Shown one piece after another: positions 17,652 to 26,565 of a stretch of DNA of 32,000 nucleotides. The stretch lies in NCBI GenBank assembly GCA_029851105.1, contig CP099822.1:30001-62000 (forward strand). The letters are read 5' to 3'. Under the pieces are notes generated by a model, which searched no databases, was not told where the DNA came from, and saw nothing but the letters and a program-made list of their open reading frames with translations. Position numbers and translations under genes: made by a program. The DNA comes from Candidatus Saccharimonadota bacterium (GTDB lineage Bacteria > Bacteroidota > Bacteroidia > Flavobacteriales > Blattabacteriaceae). The first letter of the stretch is position 1. Each line of letters begins with the position of its first letter.

Positions 17652-18413
17652 ATGATAAGATATTTTATTAAAATATCTTATAATGGATATTTTTATAATG
17701 GATGGCAAAAACAAAAAAATAATTGTTTAACTATAGAAGAAGAAATAGAAAATAAAATATCTATTATCTTAAAAAAAAAAATTAATATAACAGGTGCTAG
17801 TAGAACAGATAGTGGTGTACATGCTAAATTAATGTTTGCTCATTTTGATTATAAATATATAATTAAAAAAAAAAAATTTTTATATAAAATAAATTTATTA
17901 ATTTCTTCTAATATAAAAATACATGATTTATTAATAGTAAAAAAAAATATACATGCTAGATTTAATGCTAAATATAGAATTTATAAATATATAATATCTT
18001 ATAATAAAGATCCATTTAATCAAAATTTATATTGGTTTTGGAAATATAAAAAAAAATTAAATATTAATTTAATGAATAAAGCTGTTAATATAATAAAAAA
18101 TAATAATAATTATTTTTTATTTTCAAAAAAATTTAAAAAAGAAAAAAATAATAAAAATTATAATTGTAATATTTATTATGCATATTGGCAAAAAATTAAT
18201 AATAATATATTTTTTTTTATAAAATCAAATAGATTTTTAAGAAAAATGGTTAGATTAATTATTTCTATTTCTATAGAAATAGGATTAAAAAAAATTACTA
18301 TATATGATTTAATTTATAAAATTAAAAATAAAAAAATATTTTTTAAAATTAATGTACCACCTTATGGATTATATTTAATTAAAATTAAATATAATAAAAA
18401 TATTTTTTTATAA
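17652..18413 (+). CDS. truA: tRNA pseudouridine(38-40) synthase TruA
   Basis: ISYNGYFYNGWQKQ and GASRTDSGVHA (catalytic Asp motif), plus RIYKY and FLRKMVR blocks. Confidence 0.92.
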   Translation: MIRYFIKISYNGYFYNGWQKQKNNCLTIEEEIENKISIILKKKINITGASRTDSGVHAKLMFAHFDYKYIIKKKKFLYKINLLISSNIKIHDLLIVKKNIHARFNAKYRIYKYIISYNKDPFNQNLYWFWKYKKKLNINLMNKAVNIIKNNNNYFLFSKKFKKEKNNKNYNCNIYYAYWQKINNNIFFFIKSNRFLRKMVRLIISISIEIGLKKITIYDLIYKIKNKKIFFKINVPPYGLYLIKIKYNKNIFL

Positions 18414-18590
18414 TTTTTTTTTAATTTTATTATTTTTATAATAAATTTTTTTATTTTTAATTATAATATTATGATATTTTTGATATATGTTAAATTTTTT
18501 ATTATAAAATAATAAAGGTAATATAATTTTTTTATTAGATCTTCTTTTTTTTTTTTTAGATATTGAAGTTTTTTTTTTAGGATGAGCCAT
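18408..18590 (-). CDS. rpmF: 50S ribosomal protein L32
   Basis: The N-terminus MAHPKKKTSISKKKKRRSN matches the L32 signature (MA.PK...S..R...RR.H). 60 aa. Lies downstream of a DUF177 gene, as in many bacteria. Confidence 0.88.
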   Translation of the reverse strand: MAHPKKKTSISKKKKRRSNKKIILPLLFYNKKFNIYQKYHNIIIKNKKIYYKNNKIKKKL

Positions 18591-18633
18591 AATTTTATTA
18601 TTATTATAATATAATATATAAAAAAAAAAATTA

Positions 18634-19047
18634 TTAATATATTATTTTTTTAATTTTAGGATCTATTCTTTTAAATGGTAACATTAATAAAATACTTTCG
18701 TATATATATTGTGATATATTTATTTTTTTATAAAAAAATGGTAATATTAAATAATTATTATTTTCTTCTATTTTTTTTTTACCAAAAATTATATTTAATT
18801 TTTTTTTTTTATTTATTTTAAATATATATTTATTATAAGTAATATCACAAATTAATATTAATTTACCTATAAAAAAAAAATTAAATATAAAAATATTATT
18901 AATATATTTTTTTTTAAAATATAAATAAATTTTAGGATTTAAAAATTCTTCTTTAGAATAAAGAAATAATTTAAAAAAATTTTTATTAATATAAAATTTT
19001 TTTTTTTCATATTCATTTAATAATGATATATCATATATATTTTTCAT
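18634..19047 (-). CDS. DUF177/YceD-family protein (ribosome-associated, upstream of rpmF)
   Basis: Conserved synteny: the DUF177 gene classically precedes rpmF. The C-terminal block INISQYIYESILLMLPFKRIDP resembles the DUF177 D...i.E.i.L.lP.k motif. The rest is too eroded to judge. Confidence 0.5.
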   Translation of the reverse strand: MKNIYDISLLNEYEKKKFYINKNFFKLFLYSKEEFLNPKIYLYFKKKYINNIFIFNFFFIGKLILICDITYNKYIFKINKKKKLNIIFGKKKIEENNNYLILPFFYKKINISQYIYESILLMLPFKRIDPKIKKIIY

Positions 19048-19108
19048 AAAAAAATATTTTAATTTTTAAATATAAATTATAAATAATAATATAAATTATA
19101 AATATTAA

Positions 19109-20044
19109 TTATAAATTTTTTAAAAGATATTTTTCAACATCTAATGCTGCCATACAACCTGATCCTGCTGATGTTATAGCTTGTTTATAAATTTTATCTT
19201 GTACATCACCAGCAGCAAATATACCTGGTTTATTTGTTTTTGTAGTTTTTTTTTTAGTTATTATATATCCCTCATTATCCATTTTAACTTTTTTTTTAAA
19301 TATCTTAGTATTAGGATAATAACCAATAGCTATAAAAACTCCTGATATTTTAATTATATTAATTTTATTATTTTTTATATTTTTTAATATAATATATTTT
19401 AATTTTTTTTTACCTAAAAATTTTTGTATTTTTTTTTTAAAAAAAATTTTTATATTTTTTATTTTATATATTTTATTTTGTAAGCTTTTTGAAGCCTTAA
19501 ATTTATTTTTTCTTACTATTAAATATATTTTTTTACATATTTTAGATAAAAATATAGATTCTTCTAAAGCTTTATTCCCTCCACCTATTACTGCTACTAT
19601 TTTATTTTTAAATATTAATCCATCACATATAGCACAATATGATATACCTTTACCTAAAAATTTTTTTTCAGATTTAATTTTTAAAGATTTAGGTAATGAA
19701 CCTGTTGCTATAATAACACTTTTAGTTAAAATTTTTTTTTTATTATTAATATATAATATATGATTTTTTTTTTTTTTTTTATTAAAAAAAACTTTTAATA
19801 TTTTATTATATTTTACTATAGTACCAAATTTTATAGCTTGTTTATACATTTCATCCATTAATTTTATACCTAATATACCTTTAGAAAATCCAGGATAATT
19901 TTCTACTATTGTAGTATTTATTAATTGACCTCCATTTAAATCACCAGTATATATTATATGTCTAATATTAGATCTAGCTAAATATATAGCAGCAGAATAA
20001 CCAGCTGGACCTGAACCTATAATTACACAATCTAAAATTCTCAT
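19109..20044 (-). CDS. trxB: thioredoxin-disulfide reductase
   Basis: FAD site DCVIIGSGPAGYSAAIYLAR, redox-active CAICDG, NADPH site VIGGGNKALEE, and C-terminal GIFAAGDV.D..Y.QA.T.AG.GC.AALD.E.YL. Confidence 0.95.
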   Translation of the reverse strand: MRILDCVIIGSGPAGYSAAIYLARSNIRHIIYTGDLNGGQLINTTIVENYPGFSKGILGIKLMDEMYKQAIKFGTIVKYNKILKVFFNKKKKKNHILYINNKKKILTKSVIIATGSLPKSLKIKSEKKFLGKGISYCAICDGLIFKNKIVAVIGGGNKALEESIFLSKICKKIYLIVRKNKFKASKSLQNKIYKIKNIKIFFKKKIQKFLGKKKLKYIILKNIKNNKINIIKISGVFIAIGYYPNTKIFKKKVKMDNEGYIITKKKTTKTNKPGIFAAGDVQDKIYKQAITSAGSGCMAALDVEKYLLKNL

Positions 20045-20126
20045 ATTATATTTTTTTTTTATTATTATTTATATTTATTTAAATATAAAAAAATAATATA
20101 TTATATTAATTTAAAAAAAAATTAAA

Positions 20127-21290
20127 ATGTACAATAGATTTAAAAAAAAAAAATATAAAAATAATAATTTTTATTTTGAAGGACTTATTAAAAGTGAAGG
20201 TGTATTAGAAATAATACCTGATAATTATGGATTTTTAAGATCTTCTTATTTTAATTATATAACTTCTCCTGATGATATTTATGTATCTAAATCACAAATT
20301 AAATTATTTGGATTAAAAAATGGTGATACAATAAAAGGTGAAATTAGTCCACCTAAAAATGGTAGTAAATATTTTCCATTAATAAAAATTATAAAAATTA
20401 ATGGTAGATCACCTTCTTATATTATAAATAGATTATCATTTGAAAATTTAATTCCTATTTTCCCAAATGAAAAATTTAATTTATCAGGTAAAGAATGTAC
20501 AATATCTACTAGAATAATAGATTTATTTGCTCCAATAGGTAAAGGACAAAGAGCATTATTTGTAGCACCTCCTAAAGCTGGTAAAACAAATTTAGTAAAA
20601 GATTGTGCTAATTGTATAGAAAAAAATCATCCAGAAGTTTATCAAATAATATTATTAATAGATGAAAGACCAGAAGAAGTAACAGATATGAAAAGAAGTG
20701 TAAATGGTGAAGTAATATCATCTACATTTGATGAAAAACCTGAAAAACATGTTAAAGTAGCCAATATAGTATTAAAAAAATCTATGAGAATGGTAGAATG
20801 TGGTCATGATGTAGTAATTTTATTAGATTCTATTACTAGATTAGCTAGAGCCTATAATAATATAACACCAACTTCTGGTAGAATTTTATCAGGTGGTATA
20901 GATTCTAAAGCTTTACAAAAACCTAAAAGATTTTTTGGTTCTGCTAGAAATATTGAAAAGGGTGGTTCTTTAACAATTATAGCTACAGCAATGATAGATA
21001 CAGGTTCTAAAATGGATGAAGTTATTTTTGAAGAATTTAAAGGTACTGGTAATATGGAATTACAATTAAGTAGAAAAATAGCTAATAAAAGAATTTATCC
21101 AGCTATAGATTTAATATCATCTAGTACTAGAAAAGATGAATTATTATTAGATAAATATACTTTTAAAAAAATGTCTATTTTAAGAAAATATATATCAGAT
21201 ATAAATAATATAGAAGCTATTAAATTAATAAAAGAAAAATTATCTAAAACTAGAGATAATAAAGAATTTTTAAAATCTATGAATAGATAA
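20127..21290 (+). CDS. rho: transcription termination factor Rho (387 aa, lacks N-terminal helix bundle)
   Basis: Aligns almost residue for residue with E. coli Rho from about residue 50. Blocks: [40 protein letters not shown], Walker [83 protein letters not shown]. Confidence 0.97.
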   Translation: MYNRFKKKKYKNNNFYFEGLIKSEGVLEIIPDNYGFLRSSYFNYITSPDDIYVSKSQIKLFGLKNGDTIKGEISPPKNGSKYFPLIKIIKINGRSPSYIINRLSFENLIPIFPNEKFNLSGKECTISTRIIDLFAPIGKGQRALFVAPPKAGKTNLVKDCANCIEKNHPEVYQIILLIDERPEEVTDMKRSVNGEVISSTFDEKPEKHVKVANIVLKKSMRMVECGHDVVILLDSITRLARAYNNITPTSGRILSGGIDSKALQKPKRFFGSARNIEKGGSLTIIATAMIDTGSKMDEVIFEEFKGTGNMELQLSRKIANKRIYPAIDLISSSTRKDELLLDKYTFKKMSILRKYISDINNIEAIKLIKEKLSKTRDNKEFLKSMNR

Positions 21291-21295
21291 AAAAA

Positions 21296-22762
21296 TTATT
21301 TCATTTGAGGAAATAATATTACTTCTTGTATATTATCATTATTAGTAAATAAAGCTACTAATCTATCTATACCTATTCCTATACCTACAGTAGGTGGAAG
21401 TCCTATTTTTAAAGATTTAATAAAATCTTTATCTATTTTATTTTTTTTTTGTTTTTTAAATCTTTTTAATTGTTCAATAGGATTATTTAATTCAGTATAT
21501 GAATTAGCTATTTCTTTACCATTTATATATAATTCAAATCTTTCTGTTAATTTTTTATTATTATTTTTACATTTAGCTAATGGACTCATATAAGTAGGAA
21601 AATCAGTTATAAATATAGGGTTTTTAATTTTTTCTTTACAAAATTTATTAAATATATTATCAATAATTTTATCTTTTTTTTTAATAGGTATATCTATATT
21701 TAGATTTTTACATATAATAATTAATTCTTTTAATGTAGTATTTTCATTTATATTATAATTAATTTCATTATTAATAAAATTAAATAATTTAATATTTTTA
21801 ATTTTTTTAGAAAAATCTATAATATTATTATTTATATATAATTTATATTTATTAAATGTTTTAATACAAATATATTTTAATAATTTAAACATAAATTTCA
21901 TCATCCATTTATAATTTTTATAAGAAACATAAAATTCTAAAATAGTAAATTCAGGATTATGATTTTTATCTATACTTTCATTTCTAAAATTTCTAGAAAA
22001 TTCATATACTCCTTTAAATCCACCTACTATTAATCTTTTTAAAAATAATTCATTTGATATTCTTAAATAAAAATATTTTTTAAATTTATTATGATAAGTA
22101 ATAAATGGTTTAGCATTAGCCCCACCAGGTATATTTTGTAATATTGGAGTATCTACCTCTATTAAATTAATTTTATTTAAATATTTTCTAATATTATTTA
22201 TTATTAATGATCTTATTATAAAATTTTTTTTTACTTTTTTATTAACTATAAGATCTATATATCTCATTCTATATCTTTTTTCTTGATTTTTAAATTTATC
22301 ATAAATTTTTTTTTTTTTTATTTTTATATTAGGTATAGGATAAATACATTTTGATAATAAAATTATTTTATTAATTAATATAGTATATTCTTTAACTTTA
22401 GTTAAAAATAATTTTCCTTTTATAAAAATAATATCACCTATATCTAAATATTTTTTAAATAAATTAATATAATATTCATTATTAATATATTTTTTATTTA
22501 AATTTTTAATTTTATAAAATAATTGTATTTTTTTATCACTATAATCTTTTATATCACTAAAAGTAGATTTACCCATATTTCTTATACTAATAATTCTACC
22601 TGTTATTAATATACTTTTATTATTTTTAATTATTTTTTTTTTATTATTTAATAATAATTTTATATTTAATTTTAATTTTTTATTTATAGAAGGATATGGG
22701 TTAATACCTAATAATTTTATTTTTTTTAATTTTTTTAATCTTATTTTTTCTTGTTCATACAT
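21296..22762 (-). CDS. lysS: lysine--tRNA ligase (class II)
   Basis: Motif 2 FRNESIDKNHNPEFTILEFY, motif 3 GIGIGIDRLVALFTNNDNIQEVILFP, RYRMRYIDLIVN, ERFELYINGKEIANSYTELN. Confidence 0.95.
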   Translation of the reverse strand: MYEQEKIRLKKLKKIKLLGINPYPSINKKLKLNIKLLLNNKKKIIKNNKSILITGRIISIRNMGKSTFSDIKDYSDKKIQLFYKIKNLNKKYINNEYYINLFKKYLDIGDIIFIKGKLFLTKVKEYTILINKIILLSKCIYPIPNIKIKKKKIYDKFKNQEKRYRMRYIDLIVNKKVKKNFIIRSLIINNIRKYLNKINLIEVDTPILQNIPGGANAKPFITYHNKFKKYFYLRISNELFLKRLIVGGFKGVYEFSRNFRNESIDKNHNPEFTILEFYVSYKNYKWMMKFMFKLLKYICIKTFNKYKLYINNNIIDFSKKIKNIKLFNFINNEINYNINENTTLKELIIICKNLNIDIPIKKKDKIIDNIFNKFCKEKIKNPIFITDFPTYMSPLAKCKNNNKKLTERFELYINGKEIANSYTELNNPIEQLKRFKKQKKNKIDKDFIKSLKIGLPPTVGIGIGIDRLVALFTNNDNIQEVILFPQMK

Positions 22763-22842
22763 AGTAAATGAAAATTATTATTATTTATTATATATTATAA
22801 TATATATTTTTTTATATAAATATCTTTTTAAGAAAAAAAATT

Positions 22843-23178
22843 ATGTTTTTCAAAAAAGAAATTAAATTAATATTTAAAAAAGGTAAAAAAATAAATAAAA
22901 AAATTTTTAATATAAAATATTTAAAAAATAAAAAATATAATAAAATATTAATTATAATACCTAAAAAATTTATTAAAAAAGCTGTTAAAAGAAATAAAAT
23001 TAAAAGAATAATATATAATTCATATTTAATAAATAAATATATTTTATGTAATAATTTATTTTTTATTATTTTTATATATAAAACATATAAAATATATAAA
23101 TTTAATTTTTTAAATAAAAAAATATTAAATTGTTTAAAAAAAATAAATGAAAATTTTTTTAATAGTAGGATTAGGTAA
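22843..23178 (+). CDS. rnpA: ribonuclease P protein component
   Basis: 111-aa basic protein with the RNR-type motif KKAVKRNKIKRIIYNSY (KRAV.RN..KR..RE.). The upstream rpmH usually seen in other phyla is absent here. Confidence 0.75.
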   Translation: MFFKKEIKLIFKKGKKINKKIFNIKYLKNKKYNKILIIIPKKFIKKAVKRNKIKRIIYNSYLINKYILCNNLFFIIFIYKTYKIYKFNFLNKKILNCLKKINENFFNSRIR

Positions 23179-23689
23179 TCCTGAAAAAAAATTTAAATAT
23201 ACTAGACATAATATAGGTAGTTTATTTATTAATAAATTTATTTATAAAAAAAAAATAAAATTATTTTTTAAAAATAAATATGGATTAATATATAAATTAA
23301 TATATAAAAATAAAATATTATTATTATTAATTTCTAATTTATATATTAATCAAATAGGATTATCTATTAAATTTTTTTTAAAAAAATATAAATTAAAAAT
23401 TAAAAATTTAATAATTTTATCAGATGATATATATTTAAAGTATGGTAAAATAAAAATTAAAAATAATAGTGGTTCAGGAGGTCATAATGGATTAAAAAAT
23501 ATTGAAAAAATATTTAAAACTAAAAAATATAAAAGAATTAAAATAGGTATAAGTAATAATTTTGAATATGGTAATCAAAATAAATATGTTTTAAGTAAAA
23601 TTAATAAAATTGAATTAAAAATTTTTAATAAAAAAATATATTATATTATATATAATAAATTAATTTTTATTATTAATAATAATTATTAA
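23147..23689 (+). CDS. pth: peptidyl-tRNA hydrolase
   Basis: MKIFLIVGLGNPEKKFKYTRHNIG (canonical Pth N-terminus with catalytic His), DDIYLKYGKIKIKNNSGSGGHNGLKNI, RIKIGI. Overlaps the rnpA tail by 32 nt. Confidence 0.93.
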   Translation: MKIFLIVGLGNPEKKFKYTRHNIGSLFINKFIYKKKIKLFFKNKYGLIYKLIYKNKILLLLISNLYINQIGLSIKFFLKKYKLKIKNLIILSDDIYLKYGKIKIKNNSGSGGHNGLKNIEKIFKTKKYKRIKIGISNNFEYGNQNKYVLSKINKIELKIFNKKIYYIIYNKLIFIINNNY

Positions 23690-23691
23690 AA

Positions 23692-24735
23692 TTAAATTTT
23701 AATTATTTTATCTATTTCTCCATTCATTATTTTATCTAAATTGTATAATTTTAATTTTAATCTATGATCAGTTACTCTATTTTTAGGATAATTATATGTT
23801 CTAATTTTTTCAGATCTATCCCCAGTAGATATTAATAATTTTCTTTTATTTTCTATATGTTTTTTTTTTTTAAATTTATTATAATTATATATTTTAGATT
23901 TTAATATAGTCATAGCTTTTTCATAATTTTTATGTTGAGATCTTTCTTCTTGACATTCTACTACTATTTTAGTAGGTAAATGTAATAATCTAATAGCTGA
24001 TTCTGTTTTATTTACATGTTGTCCACCAGCACCACTAGATCTAAAAGTAGATCTTTTAATATCAGATGATTTAATTTTTATATTAATATCATTAATTTTA
24101 GGTAAAACAGCAACAGTTATAGCTGATGTATGTAATCTACCTTGTGATTCTGTTTTAGGTATTCTTTGTACTCTATGTACACCAGATTCAAATTTTAAAA
24201 TATTATATATATTTTTTTTTTTAACATAAAAAATAACTTCTTTATAACCATTTTTAATTTTATTAGTATTTAATATTTTAAAAATAATATTTTTTTTTTT
24301 AAAAAACATAATATACATTCTAAAAATATCTTTAACAAATAAACAAGCTTCATCCCCACCAGTTCCAGAACGAATTTCTATTATAGCTTCATTTATATTT
24401 AAATTTTTTTCTTTTTTTTTAATATTATTTATTAATAATAATATATTTTTTTTAATTAAATTTATTTTTTTAATATTTTTATCAATATTATTATTAATTT
24501 CTAATAAAAAATTATCTTTAATATTATTATTAATTTTTAATTTATTTAAATCTATTATTTCTTTTTTAAGATTTTTATATAAATTATATTTATATAATAT
24601 TATATTTAATTTTTTATATATTTTATTATTGTATTTTTTTTTAATATATTTATTTTTACCAATTATAAAATTATAAATATTTTTATATTTTTTAAAAATT
24701 TTTTTTATTTTTTTTTTAAAATAAGTTTTTTTCAT
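23692..24735 (-). CDS. prfA: peptide chain release factor 1
   Basis: GGQ motif RSSGAGGQHVNKTESAIRLLHLPT. The stop-recognition tripeptide context is HRVQRIPKTESQGRLHTSA (P-x-T, RF1 type, not the SPF of RF2). Confidence 0.94.
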   Translation of the reverse strand: MKKTYFKKKIKKIFKKYKNIYNFIIGKNKYIKKKYNNKIYKKLNIILYKYNLYKNLKKEIIDLNKLKINNNIKDNFLLEINNNIDKNIKKINLIKKNILLLINNIKKKEKNLNINEAIIEIRSGTGGDEACLFVKDIFRMYIMFFKKKNIIFKILNTNKIKNGYKEVIFYVKKKNIYNILKFESGVHRVQRIPKTESQGRLHTSAITVAVLPKINDINIKIKSSDIKRSTFRSSGAGGQHVNKTESAIRLLHLPTKIVVECQEERSQHKNYEKAMTILKSKIYNYNKFKKKKHIENKRKLLISTGDRSEKIRTYNYPKNRVTDHRLKLKLYNLDKIMNGEIDKIIKI

Positions 24736-24763
24736 ATATATATATTATATTTTTAAAAAAAAA

Positions 24764-25726
24764 ATGACAAAAATAATAGATAAATATATTAATATTATTA
24801 ATAAAAAAAAAAAAATAAATATTAAAAAATTAAAAAAAAAATTTTTAAGTAAAAATGGTATAATAAATAATTTATTATTAAATATAAAAAATATTAAAAA
24901 TAAAAAAAATTATGGGTTAAAATTAAATTATTTAAAAAAAAAAATTTTAAATATTATTAATAATAATATTATAAAAAAAAAAAAAAAAAAAATTAAAATT
25001 AATAAAGATTTTTTTTTTATTAAAAATAAAGTTTATATAGGTACAAAAAATCCTATAAATTTAATTAAAGATAAATTAATAAATATTTTAAATAATTTAA
25101 ATTTTAAATTAATAAATACTAAGGAAATAGAAGATGATTGGCATAACTTTACAGCATTAAATTTTCCTAAATATCATCCTTCTAGAAATATGCAAGATAC
25201 ATTTTTTATTAAAAAAAAAAAATTATTGTTAAGAACACATACTACATCCATACAAATTAGATATATGAAAAAAAAAAAACCTCCTATTAAAATTTTTACT
25301 TTTGGTAGAGTATATAGAAATGAATCTATATCTAAATCATCATTTAATATGTTTAATCAAATAGAAGTATTATATGTATATAAAAATGTATCTATAATAG
25401 ATTTAAAAAATCTAATTAATATTATATTAAAAAATTTATTTAAAAATAAATATAAATATAGATATAGATTTTCATATTTTCCTTTTACTAATCCTAGTTT
25501 TGAAATAGATATTTTATATAATAAAAAATGGATAGAAATAATAGGTTGTGGATTAATAAATAAAAAAATTTTTAATAATATAAATATAAATTATAAAAAA
25601 TATTCTGGCTTTGCTTTAGGGATAGGTATAGAAAGAATAGCTATGATTTTTTATCAAATAAAAGATATAAGAGAATTTTTTAAAAATGATATTAGATTTA
25701 TAAAACAATTTAAATTATTAATTTAA
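24764..25726 (+). CDS. pheS: phenylalanine--tRNA ligase alpha subunit
   Basis: FPKYHPSRNMQDTFF, LLRTHTTSIQIR, motif 2 GRVYRNESIS....MFNQIEV and motif 3 SGFALGIGIERIAMI. Confidence 0.94.
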   Translation: MTKIIDKYINIINKKKKINIKKLKKKFLSKNGIINNLLLNIKNIKNKKNYGLKLNYLKKKILNIINNNIIKKKKKKIKINKDFFFIKNKVYIGTKNPINLIKDKLINILNNLNFKLINTKEIEDDWHNFTALNFPKYHPSRNMQDTFFIKKKKLLLRTHTTSIQIRYMKKKKPPIKIFTFGRVYRNESISKSSFNMFNQIEVLYVYKNVSIIDLKNLINIILKNLFKNKYKYRYRFSYFPFTNPSFEIDILYNKKWIEIIGCGLINKKIFNNININYKKYSGFALGIGIERIAMIFYQIKDIREFFKNDIRFIKQFKLLI

Positions 25727-25727
25727 A

Positions 25728-26492
25728 TTATATTATATAATTTTTATATATTTCATATAAAATAATACCACAAGCTACAGAAACATTTAAAGAAGATATT
25801 TTTTTATCTATAGGTATCTTTATTATTTCATTAGATATTTTTATTATATTTTTAGATATACCTTTTTCTTCATTTCCTAATATTAATGCTATAGAAGTTT
25901 TTTTTTTAATATTATTAAAATAATTAATACAACTTTTTTTAGATTTTTCTATAATTGATAAAATTTTAATATTTTTTTTTTTTAAAAAAATTATAGTTTT
26001 TTCAATATTATTAACTCTACATATAGGTATTCTAAAAATAGAACCAGAAGATATTTTAATTATTTCAGGATTTAAAATATAATAATTTTTTTGGATTATT
26101 ATTAAACTTATTTTAAAACAAACTGATGATCTAATTATTGAACCTATATTTTTAATATCTGTTATATTATATAATATTAAAATAATTAATCTTTTTTTAT
26201 TATTTAAAATTTTATTAAGATTATATTTTTTATATAATATATAAGAGATTAATCCTTGATAATTTTTTTTTTTTTTAAAATTATTTTTATAAATAATATT
26301 TTCTATATAATATTTATTAGTATATTTTATTGATATATTTTTTTTTTTAATAATATTAATTAAATAATTATATTTATTAATTTTATTATTATCTATAATA
26401 ACTATTAATATTTTTATATTATTAGATAATATAGCTTCTTTAATAGGATGATATCCATATATTATATTATAATTATTTTTATTTTTTATCAT
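25728..26492 (-). CDS. rlmB: SpoU/TrmH-family rRNA 2'-O-methyltransferase, RlmB-like
   Basis: N-terminal IYGYHPIKEAILSN (SpoU substrate-binding domain). Methylase motifs NITDIKNIGSIIRS, LILGNEEKGISKNI and IKIPI....SLNVSVACGIILYEI. Confidence 0.75.
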   Translation of the reverse strand: MIKNKNNYNIIYGYHPIKEAILSNNIKILIVIIDNNKINKYNYLINIIKKKNISIKYTNKYYIENIIYKNNFKKKKNYQGLISYILYKKYNLNKILNNKKRLIILILYNITDIKNIGSIIRSSVCFKISLIIIQKNYYILNPEIIKISSGSIFRIPICRVNNIEKTIIFLKKKNIKILSIIEKSKKSCINYFNNIKKKTSIALILGNEEKGISKNIIKISNEIIKIPIDKKISSLNVSVACGIILYEIYKNYII

Positions 26493-26565
26493 ATAATATT
26501 TAATATTATTATATATAATAATAAAAAATAAAAATATATTATATTAATTTTATTTTTTTAAAAAA

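Noticed and set aside
19070-19105. Direct repeats of ATAAATTATAAATA and AT-only palindromes in the spacer upstream of the DUF177-rpmF pair. Similar ones occur at 26493-26510 (ATAATATT-T-AATATTAT).
   Set aside because: With an effectively two-letter alphabet, 8-14 nt repeats and palindromes are expected by chance. There are no G/C anchors and no positional logic.
20045-20126. Checked the four longest spacers for hidden tRNA or small RNA genes: 20045-20126, 22763-22842, 26493-26565 and 13638-13709.
   Set aside because: They contain almost no G or C and lack the invariant tRNA elements (D-loop GG, T-loop GTTC). Only 13638-13709 folds, and it folds as a simple terminator-like hairpin.
22763-22842. 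Looked for rpmH (L34) upstream of rnpA, the classic rpmH-rnpA pair.
   Set aside because: The spacer is only 80 nt and the upstream neighbour is lysS on the other strand. rpmH-rnpA linkage is not universal in Bacteroidota, so its absence here is not informative.
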